Assembly (NCBI GenBank): GCA_965238075.1 | Contig: OZ250173.1 | Location: 1,632,001-1,696,000 of the forward strand | DNA from: Candidatus Entotheonellaceae bacterium | Lineage (GTDB): Bacteria; Tectomicrobia; Entotheonellia; Entotheonellales; Entotheonellaceae | Direction of reading: 5' to 3' | DNA length: 64,000 bases | Made by a program: the position numbers and the translations under genes | Shown here: positions 56,336 through 64,000 of the stretch, in pieces | How positions within the stretch are numbered: position 1 is the stretch's first letter | Layout: each line of letters begins with the position of its first letter | The notes under the pieces: model-generated | Databases searched by the model: none | What the model saw: the letters and a program-made list of their open reading frames with translations, nothing else | Told to the model about the DNA's origin: nothing

Positions 56336-57100
56336 ATGGTGCAAGCAACACCCTCTTTCATCCAGGTATCGGATACCCATCTCGTCGCCGACACCAGCTT
56401 GGAATCATACGGAGTTAACCCCTACAAAAACCTCGAACGTATCATCGCCCATATTTCTCACCTTGGTCCACCGCCTGCCTTTGTCATATTTACCGGTGAT
56501 CTGATTAGTGACGACGACCCGCAATCCTACCGCCATCTTAAGCTGCTGACCGATCGTTTGCCGAGCCCGGTGTATTTCACTATGGGCAACCATGACCTGC
56601 GACGGGTATTCCGTCACGTCGTCCTGGGGGAGGAATCACCCGGTTCCGAGCCGTATTACTATGCGTTTGACGCTGTCGGGCATCGTTTCGTCGTTCTCGA
56701 TTCCCTAGTCGAAGGGGAGGTGGCGGGAGCGTTGGACACGGCTCAGCTGGCTTGGCTGGATGACATGCTGACGGACGGTTCACAGCAACCAACGGTGGTA
56801 TTTATGCACCATCCACCCGTTGCCACGGGGGTGGATTGGTTGGACGCCTATGCATTTGGAAACGGGGACGATCTTGTGGACATCCTGGCCAAGCACCGGC
56901 AGGTGCAACGGGTGTTCTTCGGACACGTTCACATGCCGATACAGATCACCGAGCGAGGTGTGCAGTTTACCAGCGTGCCATCCAGTGCCTATCAGTTTGG
57001 GGATACGGTCACCGCCCCAAAGGTTTGGCCCGGCTCCCCTGGCTACGGGATCGTGCACCTCTTTGAGGGGCAGTTGAGCAGCCGTGTGATTTATCTGTAG
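56336..57100 (+). CDS. CpdA/Icc-like metallophosphoesterase
   Basis: SDTH, TGDL, GNHD, HHPP, GHVH. Confidence 0.9.
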   Translation: MVQATPSFIQVSDTHLVADTSLESYGVNPYKNLERIIAHISHLGPPPAFVIFTGDLISDDDPQSYRHLKLLTDRLPSPVYFTMGNHDLRRVFRHVVLGEESPGSEPYYYAFDAVGHRFVVLDSLVEGEVAGALDTAQLAWLDDMLTDGSQQPTVVFMHHPPVATGVDWLDAYAFGNGDDLVDILAKHRQVQRVFFGHVHMPIQITERGVQFTSVPSSAYQFGDTVTAPKVWPGSPGYGIVHLFEGQLSSRVIYL

Positions 57101-57857
57101 ACCCCAATCCTTCCCCGCAATTCCCATCAAGCAGCGTCCGGGCGGTGGCAAATACTTGGTGAAACATGACGCGCGTCAGGCGTCCCGTTTGCGTGTTCTG
57201 CTGGCTTGGGTGATACGAGGGCAAAAAAGCATGGCCAGTTGGCAAGCGCGTGAGTGTTCCATGCTCGAAGCGCGGGCGCGGCTTTGGCAGGGTATTACCG
57301 ATCTGTTGGTAGGCGCGCAGATATGCGTCGAAAGCAAGCCGTCCCAGCGGGATAACCGCCTGTACGTTTTTTAGCAACCGCAACTCGTCCAGAAAATAGG
57401 ACTGGCAGTTTGCGATTTCCTGACGATCAGGCCTATTGCCGGGCGGAGCGCAGCGGATCACCTGCATGATGAAGCAATCGTGAAGAGTGAGACCGTCTTG
57501 ACGATGGAAAGAATCCGGTTGGTTTGCGAAGCCGAAGCAGTGTAATGCCTCATACAACCAATCACCACTGCGGTCGCCTGTGAAGGCGCGCCCCGTGCGG
57601 TTGGCGCCATGGGCTGCCGGGGCCAGCCCGACAATCAAGAGTCGAGCAAGCGGGTCGCCGAAGCTGGGAACGGGCTTGCCCCAATAAGATTCGCTCCGAA
57701 ACCGGCGCACCTTTTGGTCTGCCGTGTGCTGGCGGTGCGCCACGAGCCGGGCACAGCAGACGCAGTTGATAATGCGTTCCTGAATCTCCGACAGTGTGAA
57801 TACATCTGCAGTTTGAACAACCGCCCGTTCACTGCCGATTCGTTGCTGCCCCATCAC
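57009..57857 (-). CDS. Uracil-DNA glycosylase family 5 (UdgB-like)
   Basis: CxxCxRL, YWGKPVP, GLAPAAHGANRTGR.FTGD, CAPP, YHPSQQNT. Confidence 0.9.
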   Translation of the reverse strand: MMGQQRIGSERAVVQTADVFTLSEIQERIINCVCCARLVAHRQHTADQKVRRFRSESYWGKPVPSFGDPLARLLIVGLAPAAHGANRTGRAFTGDRSGDWLYEALHCFGFANQPDSFHRQDGLTLHDCFIMQVIRCAPPGNRPDRQEIANCQSYFLDELRLLKNVQAVIPLGRLAFDAYLRAYQQIGNTLPKPRPRFEHGTLTRLPTGHAFLPSYHPSQQNTQTGRLTRVMFHQVFATARTLLDGNCGEGLGSTDKSHGCSTAPQRGARSRSQGSRAKPLGR

Positions 57858-57863
57858 AGACTC

Positions 57864-58604
57864 TCAAAGTGACATCCCACCATCGACGACATAGACCGCC
57901 CCTGTTACATAAGCGGCCTGCGAGGCCAGAAATGTGACGACCTCCGCCACCTCTTCAGGTTGGCCGGCACGGCTCAAGGGTATCCGTGACACCATCAACT
58001 CCTTACTGCGAGGTGTTAATGCGGACGTCATATCCGTGTCGATATACCCAGGCATGACGACGTTCGCCGTGATGCCGTGTGGTGCGACTTCTTTGGCCAG
58101 CGAACGGGTAAAGCCAACGAGACCGGCTTTGGCGGTCCCGTAGGCTGTATCGCCAGGCCAGCCAATGCGACCCATGATGGAAGAAATATTAATGATGCGG
58201 CCACTTTGCCGAGCCGTCATGTGCGGGACAACCAGCTGACAGCAATGGAAAGCCCCTCTCAGACAGGAATCCATCACGCTCTCCCAATCGCTTTCCGGCA
58301 GGCGATGCACCTTACCTCCTCTGTACAACGTAGCGTTATTCACTAGGATATCGATCCGCCCGAAATGCTCGAAGACGTGCGAAATCATCCGCTCTACGTC
58401 TTGTTTGGCTGCCACATCGGCCCGCACCAGCAAGCTCTCCTGCCCCAGCACTTGGATTTCCTTTTTGACCGCCATTGCGGCATCACGGCGGTTCACGAAA
58501 TTGACGGCCACTTGAGCGCCGGTTGCGGCGAGGGCAAGGGCCACCGCGCGTCCGATACCGCGTGACGCGCCAGTGACCAAAGCAACTTTACCTTTCAGTG
58601 ACAT
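57864..58604 (-). CDS. fabG: SDR, 3-oxoacyl-ACP reductase-like
   Basis: TGASRGIG, LVNNA, ISS, YGTAKAG, PGYIDTDMT. Confidence 0.8.
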   Translation of the reverse strand: MSLKGKVALVTGASRGIGRAVALALAATGAQVAVNFVNRRDAAMAVKKEIQVLGQESLLVRADVAAKQDVERMISHVFEHFGRIDILVNNATLYRGGKVHRLPESDWESVMDSCLRGAFHCCQLVVPHMTARQSGRIINISSIMGRIGWPGDTAYGTAKAGLVGFTRSLAKEVAPHGITANVVMPGYIDTDMTSALTPRSKELMVSRIPLSRAGQPEEVAEVVTFLASQAAYVTGAVYVVDGGMSL

Positions 58605-58692
58605 GGGGCTTCCTTCGTTGTGTGAGGGTCCGGGTGACCGCATAATAGGCACTCACATCCAACCGGAGCAAGAGAGGACTGGCGGAATCGTT

Positions 58693-59559
58693 ATGAACGA
58701 CAACACGCCAACATACAGATTGCTCGATAGTGGCCACGGCAGGAAGCTGGAGCAAGTCGGCCCCTATCGTCTAGTGCGTCCGGCCTCACAAGCCCTGTGG
58801 CCTCCTTCGCATCCCGCTGGATTTTGGGAAACGGCGGAAGCGCATTACCAACGCGGACCATCCGGGTCAGGTAACTGGCACCGCAAGAAACACGACTTGC
58901 CCGCCATGTGGACATTGACCTATTGCGGACTGCCTTTGCGCGTCAAATTGACCGATTTTGGCCACTTGGGTTTCTTCCCCGAGCACGGACCACACTGGCA
59001 ATGGTTGCGGGAGCAGATCGCCGTTGCTAGGCGGCCAGTGAGGGTTCTCAATGCCTTCGCGTACACAGGAAGCAGTACGCTCGCTGCCGCTGCCGGAGGT
59101 GCTCAGGTGGTGCATTTGGATGCTGCCGAGGGCATTGTGGCGTGGGCGCGGGAGAATGCCCAGCTCGCCGGGCTGGCCGATGCGCGTATCCGTTGGATCG
59201 TCGAGGACGTCACCAAATTTCTCAGTCGTGAAGTGCGCCGCGGCAATCGGTACGATGCAATCATACTCGATCCGCCCTCATTTGGGAGAGGCCCCAAGGG
59301 AGAGGTATGGAAACTCACCCACGACCTGCCACCGCTGCTCGACTTATGTCGGCAGATACTCAGTGACTCACCGCTGGCGGTCGTGCTGAGCACCCACACC
59401 CCCGGCATTACGCCGTTAGTCTTGGAAAACATGCTGGCCGCCGTAGTAGGTTTGGAGCAAAGTCAACTGTGCAGCATGGAGATGTTCATTCCACAGTGTG
59501 ACAGCCCTCATGGATTACCCAGTGGGGCTTTGGTGCGATGGCGCAACGACACATACTGA
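58693..59559 (+). CDS. Class I SAM-dependent methyltransferase (RlmI-like)
   Basis: LLDSG.GRKLE, HLGFFPE, VLNAFAYTG, ILDPPSFGRG. Confidence 0.85.
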   Translation: MNDNTPTYRLLDSGHGRKLEQVGPYRLVRPASQALWPPSHPAGFWETAEAHYQRGPSGSGNWHRKKHDLPAMWTLTYCGLPLRVKLTDFGHLGFFPEHGPHWQWLREQIAVARRPVRVLNAFAYTGSSTLAAAAGGAQVVHLDAAEGIVAWARENAQLAGLADARIRWIVEDVTKFLSREVRRGNRYDAIILDPPSFGRGPKGEVWKLTHDLPPLLDLCRQILSDSPLAVVLSTHTPGITPLVLENMLAAVVGLEQSQLCSMEMFIPQCDSPHGLPSGALVRWRNDTY

Positions 59560-60371
59560 TGAAAGCTCCGATTACAAGTTTAAGCAATCCTACCGTTAAG
59601 AACCTGGTGAAACTGCGTCAGCACAGAGAACGCGCGAAGCAGGGAATGCTACTCATCGACGGTGCCCGTGCGCTGCTCATGGCTCTCCGCAATGACTTTT
59701 CCGTTTCGGCGGTCTATTTCTCACAAGCCGTGGCTGATAAACAGGCCGATCTCCTCCGGAATGTTCAAGACGCTGGTGGACATTTGCAACCGGTCACCCC
59801 TATGGTGTTCAGAAAAATAGGCTACGGCGAGCACCCAGATGGGCTGCTCGGCGTCGCTTCCTGCCCGTACGTCACCCTTGCCGACCTTCCCATAACCAGC
59901 AAACCCTTATACCTTGTGGCTGAGGGACTGGAAAAGCCCGGCAACCTGGGCGCCATGATGCGGTCTGCTGATGCTGCGGGCGCCACGGCACTCGTGCTTT
60001 GCGACGGCCGCACGGATCTCTGGAACCCCAATGTCATTCGCGCCAGTCAAGGGGCGTGTTTTTCGGTACCCGTTGCGGTGGCAACCACTAAGGACGTTTT
60101 GCTATGGTTACGCCGTGGCGCGGTCCAGATCATTGCCGCTGCGCCGCTGGTGCCTCGGTCGTACTATGAGATTGATCTGCGACTACCAAGCGCACTGGTG
60201 TTGGGAGCCGAACATGACGGGCTGACATCCGCGTGGCGCGGCGAAACCCGCGTGTGTATCCCGATGGCAGGGCAATTGGACTCCTTGAACGTTGCGCAGA
60301 CGGCTTCCATTTTGTTGTTTGAGGCGGTGAGACAACGAGTTAACAGTGACCCAGATCGCCTAGCGCCTTGA
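59559..60371 (+). CDS. TrmH/SpoU-family RNA methyltransferase
   Basis: ITSLSNP.VK, EKPGNLGA..RSA, LGAEHDGL, IPM.GQLDSLNVA. Confidence 0.92.
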   Translation: MKAPITSLSNPTVKNLVKLRQHRERAKQGMLLIDGARALLMALRNDFSVSAVYFSQAVADKQADLLRNVQDAGGHLQPVTPMVFRKIGYGEHPDGLLGVASCPYVTLADLPITSKPLYLVAEGLEKPGNLGAMMRSADAAGATALVLCDGRTDLWNPNVIRASQGACFSVPVAVATTKDVLLWLRRGAVQIIAAAPLVPRSYYEIDLRLPSALVLGAEHDGLTSAWRGETRVCIPMAGQLDSLNVAQTASILLFEAVRQRVNSDPDRLAP

Positions 60372-60457
60372 GCGTGGCGAACAGACCGAACACAACGGAG
60401 ATTTCGCAACAGGGGAATCGACCCTCCTCCGCATACCAGAATTTTTCATGGCAGGGG

Positions 60458-60486
60458 TTGACAGAGCTAAGGAAAGGCGGTATTTT
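60458..60486 (+). promoter_or_regulatory. rRNA operon promoter
   Basis: TTGACA-N17-TATTTT. Confidence 0.7.
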
Positions 60487-60510
60487 TACCGTCACCTTCA
60501 ATACGAAGGC

Positions 60511-60522
60511 TGTTCTTTGAAA
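60511..60522 (+). promoter_or_regulatory. boxA antitermination element (leader)
   Basis: TGTTCTTTGAAA; a second boxA, TGCTCTTTGACA, lies in the ITS at 62267-62278. Confidence 0.75.
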
Positions 60523-60616
60523 TCGTACGATGATTCGCGTTTGTGAGTAAGAGGCCAGAACTAAATATGATCCAGAAGCCCCTCCTAGGGGCATAAACTG
60601 GACCATATACTCGTTT

Positions 60617-62180
<1,564 letters not shown>

Positions 62181-62319
62181 TAAGGAGTCTTAGCTTTCCT
62201 GTACATGCAGAAAGCGAAGGCTGAAAGTTTGTCTTACTCTCGAATGCGAATCTCGTACGATTTCTATGCTCTTTGACAATGACATGATGCGACATCAAGT
62301 CTGTTTGTAGTGTTATAAG

Positions 62320-64000
<1,681 letters not shown>

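Overview
GC-rich bacterial chromosomal window. The gene content and 16S tentatively suggest a Ca. Tectomicrobia/Entotheonella-like organism; this is an unverified inference. From left to right: (1) a graveyard of IS630, IS3 and IS1380 remnants; (2) a bacillithiol-like thiol locus, with a large PIG-L/LmbE deacetylase divergent from an unannotated, highly divergent BshC-like protein plus bshB1, and a divergent bshA nearby; (3) assorted metabolic genes, including a frameshifted DUF2971 islet and a biotin carboxylase lacking its carboxyltransferase domain; (4) divergent class I aldolase and FBPase genes, a MaoC pair, folP and murD; (5) a Tat-exported, Cys-type formate dehydrogenase operon anchored by NrfD; (6) RNase II and a tandem YjbQ-like protein; (7) a circularly permuted ATP-grasp/alpha-E pair running into a partner-switching module (RsbW, STAS, REC-PP2C, periplasmic binding protein, TorS-like kinase); (8) an ISL3 remnant, a DprA-like/SLOG gene and an orphan antitoxin; (9) an S9 peptidase, hemD, a mycothiol-type formaldehyde dehydrogenase homolog, catabolic and housekeeping genes; (10) the start of an rRNA operon (16S, short tRNA-less ITS, partial 23S). 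The best candidate for an undescribed system is the non-canonical bshA/bshB1/bshC-like/PIG-L low-molecular-weight thiol cluster. All family calls come from motif recognition by eye, not from database searches.
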